Shown here: in pieces, positions 24,361 to 36,789 of the stretch
Layout: the number at the start of each line of letters is the position of its first letter
Numbering within the stretch: the stretch's first letter is position 1
From: Camelus ferus
Lineage: Eukaryota
Reading direction: 5' to 3'
NCBI RefSeq assembly: GCF_009834535.1
Contig: NC_045705.1
Location: 25,916,001 to 25,980,000, forward strand
Length of the DNA stretch: 64,000 bases
The notes under the pieces: model-generated
The model's input: only the letters and a program-made list of their open reading frames with translations
What the model was told of the DNA's origin: nothing
Database searches by the model: none
Translations under genes and position numbers: made by a program

Positions 24361-27280
24361 AATTCTGAGAAAAGGCTCTTGATGGCATATTTGAGAACTT
24401 CTCCAAAGCTTGCTTCAAGGAAATGGAGTTTATTTTATTAGAGATATTTCCTTATCTGTGAACCAGGCCCCTGAGGTATAGGAATAAGTCTAAACGCCTT
24501 TGGGACTAAGGGGTTCCACTCCCAGTCTCAGTCTCACGGTGTGTGTCATCTTGATCTCCTTTGGGGATCACCTTCATTCCCACAGACTCATGAACTGGTC
24601 TATGTGCTGCCTTGTACAGTGCTACTTGCAATCAGACTTATTTTCTCTTTTGCCACTTTTCAGCTCAACTACTTAGAAGAGCTTAATGAAAGTCTCTGAG
24701 ATGCAGCTCTACATTTTCAAAACAGAAATGCAGCTTCCTAGTCTTGAGTCAATGCATGCCATCCTCTAAGCAACTATGACCAGGGAAGGGCAGTGTATTA
24801 TACAACGAACATGATTTTAGTGAATCACACCTATAGATGACTGCCATCTTACTACAGGATTATATTGAGAAAAAATGCGGATGTAAATTGGTCTGACATT
24901 CTAAAAGATTTCTATAATTATGTATCTATATTTTTATGATCAGTTAGAAGGAAAATTAATATAAGTACTTGTATGTAGGAGGATTTAAAAGTCATGTCTT
25001 GCCATTCCAATCCAAAACCAACTCATCAGCTCAAATGATCTCTCATCAGTCAAGTGAGAAAACTATATTCTGAGTTACAAGTGTATAAATGCATACCAAC
25101 ATAATAATATAACAACATATGTATAATATAATTTTATAGATATCATATAATTTTACATATATAATATAGTTAGATGTATAAATATTTAGTGCTTTGGCAA
25201 TCATTCTTTTTTGACATTTCCTTTCTTTCTTTTTTAAATGCTTTTAAAGAAAATGTGCCTTTCCTGATAGGAAATTATACAAAAACATGTTGTAGAAATG
25301 GAATTATTAATTCATTCTATCTATTAGAGGATCACTATAGAACATGACTTTTTGTTATGGTATACTGGATTTGATAATTATATAAGGTTGTTTCCAAAAT
25401 AATGAGACTGATATTCATGTATGGGCCATAAGCTAGTTCTATGAAATAAGTATTCCAAAATGATGCAGTGCAGAGTATGTAGGAAATAGTTATTATTGTA
25501 CAGATAACTCTATACCTTTGGACATGTTGAATTCTGAAAGGCACTTTATAACTCTGTTTCTAGGTAAAATTTGATTCGGTTCCTATATATGTGGAAAATG
25601 TGTACAATACTATGTAGTTTCTAATTTTATGGGAAAAAACTGTAGGTATTGACAATTATTTCTGAACTTTTTTATTAAAAAATCTCTTTAAGATACATCC
25701 CTAAGTGTATGTTTTTTGGCTTACTTTTATGTCAAATAAATTTATTACTAGAACCCACTCTTAACATGCAAATGCACTGTTGAGCAATAAATAAATAATT
25801 TAATGGCTAAGTTTAAAATTACTGCTCCGTACTTATTTAGCTAAAATATGGACATGGACGTTTTTCAGGATTGCTACTCTTCTCCTTAGAGGAAGTTAAT
25901 CTGGACTTGATAAGAAAGAAGTACAAGATCTAAGTTACAAGATGCACGTGGCTGATGGAGGCCCTGTTACACAACCACCAGGCTATGCCCAGAATGGTAG
26001 GCAGCAATCCTAGTCCTTTTATCCAAAGCCATACTTAGCATCAGAGGCCAAGGGTCCTGTGGCTTATACTTGGGACATGTATAAAAGATGATTTATCCAT
26101 TTGCATCCTCTGATGTGTGGGCTCTGGAGAAATTTTAGGGCTACCTTAAAATGGAGTCGTAAGCAGCTCCATGATTAAACAGGTAGTGTAATCAGAAAAC
26201 TCTCCAGATTTCATATTATCTGGTATCTTAACTGAAGAGACAGACACCCAGAATGCTGAAAGGTATCTTCTTGAAGTGCATGCCGTCCCAAAAAGCTGAG
26301 TAATCTAAAAGGCTGAGCCTACTTGTCCAGAGCACCTACACTCCAAAACCACATTCACTCAAAAAATGTGTTTTGGCATCTACCACGTACTAGGTGCCAT
26401 GTTAAGTAGTTATTTAGGAAAGCCCTTATTGATTTCCCGTCAACTTGAAATTCCCTGAGGGTATCACTGCTCTCAGAATCACCCTGTATTTTGGATGGCT
26501 GCACAGTGAGGAATGCATAGGGTTTTGGCTGGCAAGAAGTAGACAGACTTCACACATACCCATTACTGAAGGATTGATGGTGTCTGGATATAAACTGTGC
26601 TACCCAGGAATGTGGGCGGCAGATGGAAGAAATTGTGAACGGCACGTTTATCCTTCTACAAACTTGAGGACTGCCTCAGAAGGCAGAATAATTAACAAAT
26701 CAACAAAGAATACTGCACTTACATTTATTTATCTAAATTATACCAATTATTTAGTCATTAAATAAATATTGATTTTATTTCACTTGGAATCTAAACTGCT
26801 GCCAAAGATTTCTGTGGTGAAATTCATGTTCTCTTAGCTCTAGAATAATCCTGTCGAGGTAAGTTTGGCTACACTCGCAAACCTCACATCTGTAATTTTT
26901 GTTATGCTCATTAGCATGCTCAATTTTCTTTTTTTGTCCCCAAAGAACAAAGAACAGGCAGTTTCTTTAAAAAGTTAAGGAGCAAAGATATAGTTATTCC
27001 TTGCTTATTAAGTAACATAAAGAGCCCTAACATCAGTCTGCTTTCCACCACTCCCATCTGGGATGCCAGCAACTAAATCGAATTGTTTATTGCCCTTAGC
27101 TTTACACTTACACCTGACTAGGCTGCAAATTGGACATTTGACGTGGTAATTACGTAAGTGGCCAGATTCCATTTGAATGTCCACATCTCAATTCTAAAGA
27201 AATGTTTAAATAGAACCATGAAAGGTAATTGCTGGAAAGGTTCACTTTTGCACATGACTTTAGCATTTATTTCTCTTTAG

Positions 27281-27319
27281 TGGCTACACCGTGGAGGCGA
27301 ACTGCTAGATACAATGCTG
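27281..27319 (+). other. Candidate 39-nt exon (unverified)
   Basis: Acceptor atttatttctctttag; donor CTG|gtaagt. Open as WLHRGGELLDTML (phase 0) or ATPWRRTARYNA (phase 1). No protein recognised. Confidence 0.25.
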
Positions 27320-27941
27320 GTAAGTAGAAACTGAAAAGCAAATGCTTGGGAATATAAAAAGAATTCACCAATAACCCCTTGTATCTTTATGTTAGGGCAT
27401 TCAAGATGACCATTTCTTTTGAAAAGAGACAGTTTCGGTTTAAAAGCTAGGTGCTATGTGACGGGTGTTTGGATTGCGATTTTTGATTCTTGCAAATCCA
27501 TGAGGCAAATGTTAATTTACAGAAAGGAGATGGCTGAATCAGATATGGAAACCAGTTAGATTTTACAAGCCTCCTAATTTATTATACATGAATTTTCGAA
27601 CATATTGAAATGACAGAGTCCCTAACTCTGAGGAGACCCCAATTCTGAAATGCACATCAGCTTCTAGATTTTCTGTACCTCTGTTCTGTGGGTTCATAGA
27701 AGGCAGATTTTGGACTATGAATTTTAAATGTTACTTTGATTTGATAGTAATGAATATATTAGAAATATAGCTTATTTTTCAATACATGACTTCATTCATT
27801 GACCTATAACAACATATTTTCAAAGTATCTATATTTGACATCTAACTGACAGTATTCAATCTATTGCATGTGGATGTCCAAAGATTACCCATGAAACTAT
27901 ATTTTCAATACTTGCATTTAATGTAAGATTAAAGCAAGGGT

Positions 27942-28111
27942 GAGGAAGGTATAGCTCAAGTGGTAGAGCGCATGCTTAGCATGCATGAGGTCCTGGGTTC
28001 AATCCCCAGCACCTCCTCTAAGAATAAACAAATACTAAATAAACCTAATTACCTTCCCCCACCCCCCAAAATAAGTAAACAAAATAAATAAACTTTATTT
28101 TAAAAAAATGG
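27942..28111 (+). mobile_element. tRNA-Ala-derived camelid SINE (Vic-1-like)
   Basis: tRNA-like head with A/B boxes, then aaataaacctaattaccttcccccc and an A-rich tail. ttaaagca flanks both sides (27929-27936, 28112-28119). Confidence 0.93.
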
Positions 28112-28559
28112 TTAAAGCAGAATGTTGAACCAGTTTTAACCAACCTGGAAGCAATTCTTTGCTGAGAAACAATTCTCACTTATTTGGAAATGTTGTTCCC
28201 TCAAGGAAACTAAATAGCACATCCATGACATCAACTTTCACATAAAAAGAACTGGAAAGAGCTCTTTTATTTCATGGTGATAAAAAAATGCTAATTTCTT
28301 CAATAAAATATGGAAATTTCTCCTGATTAACCAAATCTCAAACTGTTAGGCCATGCTATAGTGAATGTTTCTAATGAAATATCTTCTCCAGATATTTGAT
28401 GTCTCTTGTGTGTACATTTATGATATTTGAGGTAAATGTTTATGAAGCAGCAATGGTCCTATGGGGCAAGTGCAATTTTCACACTGAAATGCTTATCTGC
28501 CTTTATTTTTTTCTCCTTCAGGAATTTCAACTAAATTAACATGTTAAATATCTTTATTT

Positions 28560-29089
28560 CAGGCAATGAGCCATTATTATTAACACTATGAAATATTCTC
28601 TTACATTAGGAGTTTTGACTTTCTGGAGAGCAGTTTGGCAATACCTATCAAAAGCTGTAAAGTCTAGCATATCACATAACACAGCTAGTCTACTTGTAGG
28701 AACTTATATGAATAAAATAATTCAGAATGTGCACAAAGATTTCATCAAAAGCATGTTCACTGTAGCATTAAAGTTAAACGCTCAAGAACAAAGATACATT
28801 CTGCTATATATCTTTATACATACTACACAGACATAAAAACAAAGCTCAGTTTTGTGAAAGCAAATTTCTTGTCAAGGAAAGATGTTTATGATATATTATT
28901 TAATGTGATTGAATGGTTGAAAATAGTATTGTGGTATGCTTCTCTCCTGTGAATAACAAATCTATTCGTGTGTCTGTTATCTGCTTGCAAGTGCTTATCT
29001 GCGAGTATATATACAAAAAATATGAACTATTTCCTTTGCTGGGTGAGTTTATGTGACTTTATGTGTTTTTTGTTTGTTATGCTTTTGTT

Positions 29090-29123
<34 letters not shown>

Positions 29124-29170
29124 TAGGTATTACTTTGAAAATAAACTTAGAAAGAAAAAAAATCCAGAGC
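28560..29170 (+). mobile_element. Old L1 (L1ME-like) 3' region
   Basis: ctttctggagagcagtttggcaata...atgttcactgtagcatta. Confidence 0.8.
29093..29120. repeat. (AC)14 microsatellite
   Basis: Read directly. Confidence 0.98.
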
Positions 29171-29344
29171 ACATTATGATTTAAGCAAAATGAACACAAA
29201 CAAAATATATTATTTGAACCACATTTCTTAAAAAAGAAAAACTGAACACAATGCATACTATTTGTAATTCAAGCTAATATGAATTAAAAATCTATCTATT
29301 GTCTTTTTTGCATATTCTGCATTTGGGCATTCCTATTTTAATAC

Positions 29345-29560
29345 TCCAGGAGCAACACTGGGTCAGAAAATCTGTTTGTGATTTGACCTTACCACCTTCT
29401 GTTTAACTTTAGACAAGTTACTCAAGCTTTCTGAGCATCAACATCTTTGTCTGCAGAAAGGGCATCATCATAATGTCTATTTTGTAGAGATGTTGAATAG
29501 ATTAAATGAGAAAATGAGTATAGTGTTTACATAGTATCTCACTTTAATCAGTGTATATAG
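29345..29560 (+). mobile_element. MIR SINE
   Basis: ttagacaagttactcaagctttctgagcatc...gattaaatgagaaaatg. Confidence 0.8.
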
Positions 29561-30009
29561 AGCTTTGTACATGCTGTGTCCCATATTTTCTCAATTTATG
29601 ACCAGTAGGACATGCAAATATTTAGACTCACTCTAAAGAACCACACACGAAACAATCCATCTGCTACCAAATTGCCAGTCACAGCTCTCCTAAGGATTTG
29701 TATTTCAAGACAGCCCTTATCAAAGAGCCTAATATAACATATAGAAATAGGTGTCAAAATAAAATAAGAAAGAGAAAATACACAAAATGTTGCATGCACT
29801 CTTTGAGCAATTAATATGTCTTAGTTAATTTGGATGAAAAATTTAGAATGCTGCTTCCACTGGTAAGGAGACCATCCACCCAGTGGAGTGGGACGGCTTG
29901 GCATGAAGTGGAAATACAGAATGGAAGGTTCAACATCTATCGCGCTCTTAAGGATGAGGGATTGTAAGCTAGACTCTTTTCTTATTACAACATAGATCAT
30001 CTTTGTAAT

Positions 30010-30140
30010 TACCCCGAAAGTCCTAGTCTCAGTGTTTTAAACAAGGACAACAAGACTCAGAGAAATTCAGAAACATGCCCAAGGTCAAAAGCTATCAGGA
30101 GGAGGGGGCCAGGAGTTGAATCTAAGTCAATTCAAATCGA
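30010..30140 (-). mobile_element. MIR SINE
   Basis: gactcagagaaattcagaaacatgcccaaggtca...gagttgaatctaagtc. Confidence 0.7.
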
Positions 30141-31439
30141 TACCAAGCCCTCTTCTTACTGTCTGAAGCTGCCACCACAATAAGGAATGAAGAAGTGGGA
30201 GCAAACTTAAAAGAAAATTTCAGTAGGACTCTGAAGGTTTTACTTTTATTCTTTATAGAGACATTTCTCTGACGTTATTAGATTAGTTATTCTCAGGGAC
30301 ATAATTAGGAGTAAATAATAGCCATGGTTTTACACAGTCATTCAGCTGAGTCCTTAGAAAGTTGACCAACTTATGGCCAAGGAATAATATTATAATGTAG
30401 AAAGGATATAATCTGTATGGTTTCAGATTTGAAGATATTGGCTTGATTCTAGAAGAACAATCAAAAATGTATTTTAGTTACTTATTGTAATGCACACACG
30501 CATACCCAAAGGCATATGCGTCTTCTGCCCACTGGCTTGCATGTCTAAGCATAAGAAACCAAGCTGCTTTGCTTCTCGATAATAACATCAAAACAGGCAC
30601 GGGTAATTTTCAGGGAATATACATGTGGTTTTGAGTTAACCCCAAGATCACAAATCTGCACATTATCTGACCCATTAATATCCATGAAGTCATTTGCAAA
30701 TTACATTTGATTCAATTCATTAATTGAATTCACAGAAGCTTGCCAAATCAATTTTTTCCTTACCAATTTCTTTAGTGCTAAAATGGTTAGATACTTCCTA
30801 TTCAAAATTCATAATGTCACCTCCACCTGACACCTGTTTGGAGTGTCAAAAACATTTTGATAAATATATTTCCAAAACCTTTGGGCAACTAATGAATTGA
30901 TTTAATCAAATTATAAATTTTCCCCGCAATCAGTATCTTATTACTACACACTGAAAGAAAAACAGCTAAGAAAAGACTTAGTTTCCCCAGTTTCTGAGGG
31001 ATCTTATGGTGCAGCTCTTCTTAGGACTCGCATCAAAACTGTGGGCGGTCTACACTGTGGATGAATCTGTTACAAGCGCAGCCTGATCATTTTTCAGAGT
31101 AAAATGTATTTTACAGAGTAAAAAGTAACCATGTATTATTTGCTTTTCATGAATGGAGAAAAGAAAAAATAAATTTATACAATAGTAACAATTTGATTAA
31201 GGGATTTTGTAAGAAACTTTTCAATGCCTGGATTTGATCCAGGCACTTCGTACATCCCAGATTTTTAGTATTTCCCAACAACAAAATTATGCACAAATTC
31301 CTTAAACTCTTTACCCTACTGATACTCAAACCGCCCACCCAAACAAAAACAAAAATATGTTAACTTCCTTTATAATTTCTGCCAATGTCTATTTCTTGAA
31401 AGGCTATACTTACTTCGAACCCATCCATACACACCCACA

Positions 31440-31700
31440 CTTCAATACCCAGCATTCCTTTAATTTTTTCCATGCACCTCCACTGAGATAAGATATGATC
31501 CTCTTTTGACCTCTGTAACTCTGGTGTGTATTATACTCTGCCTTCTATCATCTTTTCCTCTTATCTGAGCCATCTATTGGAAAGTAAGTCCCGTAAGAGT
31601 AGGTATCCTCTCCCTCTCATTCATCATTTTCTCTCTACATTGTATTAGGCTCTTTTTGCAATGCAGAATCTCAATAAATATTTGTTGGTTGACTAGATAA
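31440..31700 (+). mobile_element. L2 3' end
   Basis: Ends ctcaataaatatttgttggttga. Confidence 0.7.
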
Positions 31701-33339
31701 CTGGTTTCTAATATTTTTGGGTGCAGTATTTGTGTCTTGATTACATTTCTAGCCTCCGAAGCACTTACAGTTTTGGGCAAAAATAATTTTTCAAGGCAAA
31801 AAAAAGTTAAAAAGCTAAGCGCAAAAATTGTTACAACTGTTTTTAATGAAACAATAAAATTTAATTCTAGGAGTTATTATACCTAAGAATTTGTTGTGTC
31901 TTTTTATCGTTTCTAACAAAATCTGAGTTATGAAGACTTCTGAAGTCCATATATTTTAATGTAATATAATGGATCAAAAAAATCACTTTTCCTAAATTTT
32001 GTAGACTGTGTAAAATATAAGAAAACAAAACAAAATTACAGTTAGTTGATGATCACAGAGACGTCATGGTAACAGTGGGTGTTGCACATCCCTATTCACA
32101 TATAAATACCCTCCTAAGTGAACTTGGAAAAAAGTGTCTGCAGCAGCCCCAGTGCTTCTGAATTTCAGGGAAACCATCTCTCTCCTGTGCCTGACAAAGT
32201 CAACACTTCATTCTCCAATTTTTAAAGATATTGAGAAATAAAAACATTTGAAACATACAGCTTTGCATTATATTTTTTTTCTGATCCCAAACCACTAAAA
32301 ACTATGTTCTTCATCTGTTTTATTCTTTTTCTTCTGTTCCGTAAAAGTGAAATTCATCTGGCCACTGGCCACTCTCTGTAGCCTTCTCTGTTATAATTAC
32401 ATGTAGGTGACTCTATAGCTCACACAATTGTTTTTATATATTGCTTTCTGCTAATACTTAGGTCCAAATAGTCCTTTGGTGTGGTCCTGACATCTGGACT
32501 CTGGTCTCCAATCCTAGAGGCCATGTCTGCAATTTCAGTCGTATTTCCCTTGGCACTTTTGAACCAGCAAACTGCTCTCTCAGCTCATATGACCTGACTA
32601 AAATGAGAAAAGGCATAAAATCTCCCAAGAAGGTGTGTCCTAACAAGATTTCAGACCCAATTCCAGCCACCAAGGGGGTTTAGATAAGGCTTAGATACAC
32701 AGTTCATCCTTTGGATTCTTTCATCCAACTCCATCCTTGGAACCTTTTGTGATTTCTTCACCTCTATTCACTTCACAGGATTGGGTCCATCACTAATCAT
32801 AATATAGGATTTTGCTTAGAAGTTTGATCAGCTTTAAAGTTTGCTCTAGCTCAGCACAGACCATACCCTTAGCTCTATAGGATGACAGGATAAAGGGATT
32901 CTTTGCCCTGCACACTCTAGGAATTAATTGAACCAACTATAAATAGCCATTCTAAGCAGAAAGGAAACATGGCATTACCTTGAAATATAACATTTCAAGA
33001 TTTCCTTGAGTTCTTTACAAGGGAGAAAAATAACGTCTTCTCAATGGTGAATCTTAGTTTCAATCAGTATAAGCGCACCTCAGATCCATTAGATCCTACA
33101 TTAATATTTTAAGATTGTTTTCAAATTTCAAGTAACTTGAGACTGTAACAAATGATAGAAAGTAGTCTGTACAAACAATTCAAAATTATTCATATTTTAA
33201 AGTTATATTTTAAAATACACTAGAACTTAAAGAGAGCTGCTGTCTGGGAACTCTAAGTCAAGATATTTTCCCCTTCATTCATATATACCTAGAGCAAAAT
33301 CATATGTATATGGTGCATATATATTCATGTAGAACACAC

Positions 33340-33340
<1 letters not shown>

Positions 33341-33384
<44 letters not shown>
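33341..33384. repeat. (GATA)11 microsatellite
   Basis: Read directly. Confidence 0.98.
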
Positions 33385-33386
<2 letters not shown>

Positions 33387-35544
33387 GTAAAACAAAAAAG
33401 TTACATATAGTGAAAAAAGAGAAATATACTATCTTAAAATATCAAAGAAATTATCAGTAGTGCACTTAAGATTTTATACATGTACATTCTCACCTACTCA
33501 GTTTGTAAGACATTGCCCTGGGCACAGGGCAGGAGAAGTGTGTGAGCATACTACTGACTTCACTGAGATTAGGTGGAACAGATACATCTAATTCCAAAGA
33601 GAAATTCTTAAGAGTGTAATAAAGGACAATCAAACATATAAAATACTAAGAGAGTTATGAGGGAAGAGAAACCATGATTAAGGACCAAAAAATAAGGAGA
33701 ATACTTTTGATATGAAAAATTTCTAATGGTCTGTACTATGTGTATTTATGATTAAGCGATAATTTGGAGAGAGTATTTAGTGTCCAGATTTTAAAATGCA
33801 TTTAAAATTTTATTCAATCAATGTTTCTTTTCTACCTGGATTTTTGAGAAAGAATACTTGAAACATACTAAGATGCTGAGGAATAATGATCAGTATTCCA
33901 ATGAGTGGTTTGAGTTCAGAAGAAAAAATAGAGCTAAGCCATGTGTCATGCATATTTTTATTTCTAAATTTGTTTAAAAACAGAAGCACCAAGTTTTGAC
34001 TTTAGCAAGCAGAGGGAATGGCTTCCCTGGAATTCAGAAACCCTACACAAAACCAGGAAGAGTTAGTTGAACCATGAGTTGAGGAACGCAAGCTATGAAA
34101 TGCATAATAACAGCTCAGTCCATTAATTAATTCATCATAAGACGTTAGTTCTAATGTAATGCAAATAATAGCAAGGATTCAATGATTAAAGGGTCAATGT
34201 ACCAATCTACCATCACAGGGAGAAAATTTAAAATTCACAATTAGTGCCAGGGAATTTGCATATCAAGAATCTACTTTCAGACTTCTATAAGAAGTGATTT
34301 TTCCTATCCAAAAGGACTAAAAACCAGATTCCATGTTTAGAGATTACATAAAAAGCTTATCTCCCAGAGAAAACACTTCTAGAAATGGAAAGACAGCAGT
34401 ATGCAGATATTGCTGCTGCTAGAGAGCCAAAGTACATGAATTACAATCTAAGCGCTCTTAACTGACCTACATTTAATGGACTGACCAGACTAATCAAAGC
34501 TCCCTGATTTCTTTCTAAAACATACTGACTGATGTCCACATTCAGCTGACCATGGCGAGCAGTTCAGTCTATGGCTACTTTCCACTTCTGCTTCCTAGTC
34601 GAGTTGTATGCTGAGGAAGAATATGTTATGCTTGATTCCAAAATATTTCAAGCAGTTTTACCTTTATTATTGTAATTAAATAATTTGATTAAATATTATA
34701 TAAGCTTATGAAATGTGTCTGCAAAGGGAAAGAGTTATTGTTTCTATGAAAATATAAGTTGACTTTGGAAATATTCAATAAAGGAGAATTAGTAAAAATT
34801 TTTTGTTGAATATTTGTTGTATGTGAGACTGATAAAGATGAGGAAAATCATATGTTTATAAAAGGAATCTAATTTCAGGTTGTGTATCAGATGGCTATGA
34901 GTTTGTGCTTCACACACACACAAAGTAAAAACAAAGTAGAAACTACAGATACATTTTGAGATCTGGTGCACAAATGACAGAAAACTTAGGATTCCACGAG
35001 GCAGACCTTGGTCTTAGATTGCAAAATTGGCAAGATGATGTGGGTTCAACGCTAACATAAAGTATTTAAGGCATGAATTGCATCAGTTTTGATAATTCTC
35101 TGCTTTATTTGATTTTTTCCAATCTGACCAACTACTAGTCACAGTTGCATCAGATTTTTTAAAAAATCAGTAGTGAGGGCCCTCCAAGCAAATAATGGTC
35201 ACAATAAACACAGATCTGTGACAGATGCACTAGAGACATGAGGCACCCAGAGAAGAAATTTCAGAACCAGCTTAACCTGTTTCCTTAGCTACATCTATTA
35301 AGATTAAAAATCACATTCTTTTAAAGAAGTCCCTAAAGGTGGATAACAGAACACATAATGGATTCTTTATGGTTTATGGTATTTAATCAGATGTAATCAA
35401 TTATATAGACTCTTCATTAGAGAATACTGATGTAGCCATTTCAGAAGTCAAAACAACTCTTTCTCTTTTAGTTTGTGAAGAGCCCACTCCATGTACTGTC
35501 ATCTCTAGACGCCTGGACTGGAACGATGGACCATATTTGAGAGT

Positions 35545-35875
35545 CTGCTAGACATACCCTCCGATTAATTCTCATTTTCATTGGCTGAACATGACACTAG
35601 CCAGCCTGTTTTGCACTAGGAATGGCCATATGACTAAGTTTTGTCCAACAGAATGCAAGTCGAAACGATGCATGGCCCATGAAAACCAGCCTGCCATGAT
35701 CCTCTGTACCTTTCTTTATGAAACCAGCTAAAGCAGAAGAAAGCACATCCCTGAGAGTATTCAGCATGAACACCTATGAGGGACTATTTCTTGAGAGAGA
35801 AATAAACTTCTGTCTTGTTGAGCCATGAAATTTTGGATCTATTTTTTAAAACAGCTAGTATGATTCTAATTCAGA
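35545..35875 (+). mobile_element. ERVL solo LTR (LTR16-like)
   Basis: ggccatatgactaagttttgtccaacagaatgcaag...ggcccatgaaaacc...gaaataaacttctgtcttgttgagcca. Confidence 0.8.
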
Positions 35876-36789
35876 TCCCTTTTGATTATCACAGACAAAA
35901 TTGGGCTCTCCCCAACATAGATTTGTGTTCCGTATAAAACTGTGTCTTAATGAAGAGTATTTCTGAGCAGGAAGCTATATGTGACAGAGGAACAAGAAGA
36001 CTGCATGGTGACTGCACACATAGCAGTTTTGTAGAGATGCTCAAATGATAAATTAGAGAAGTTTTATTCTTAGGAATAAACACACTGCTAGAGGGAAAAA
36101 CGATGGAAACAAGATTTAGAATCAGGAGAAATTCACAGATTAAAGAATTACATATATGCTTTTCACATTACTGTTCCTGTTTAATTATTTGGTTTAAGTA
36201 TGGTTTTCATTTTTTTTTTTCCATTTACAGACAACTTTCTTCCCTTTGTGGATAAAAATTAAAATACATGTGTGGGGGCAGAAGCAGCTTGAACTTCATG
36301 AATATCCTGTACCCCAACAATCTTTTGCTTCCTGTTTTTAGTGTTCATTGGTGATTTTTGCCTGAATTATAACCACTGTGGATGTTAAATGTTGACTTTA
36401 CAATTTGTGCACTTTGTGTCAGTTGCCATTCTTCTGTTAATAGCAGTTTTCCCTTTTTCATACCCTGGGATTTCTTCCCCACCTTATCACCTGCATATTT
36501 GTATTTCTCTTTCTCCAAAATGATAACAGAATTTTTTTGGCTGATCCTACAATACTTTGGAATAACTACTCCAGTACCAACATTAAGCCTACTGACTAAA
36601 GTGCAGTTCTTTTGGTCCTTAGATTATAATCCTCTTGAAAGTGTAAAACAGAATACTGTGTTCAAAATGAATCCAGATTTAGTCTTTTGCTATACGTTTG
36701 ATCAAAAGTTAGACTTTGAGTTTTATTGATTCAATTTTAGTGTTTTTTTAACCCCATTATTGTTTATTTTTGACTGAATCAAAAGTTAT

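Noticed and set aside
27945-28017. Bona fide tRNA-Ala(AGC) gene
   Set aside because: It has two acceptor-stem mismatches, a SINE-specific tail (aaataaacctaattacc) and a flanking duplication, and a degenerate paralogue occurs at 45.7 kb. I called it a SINE.
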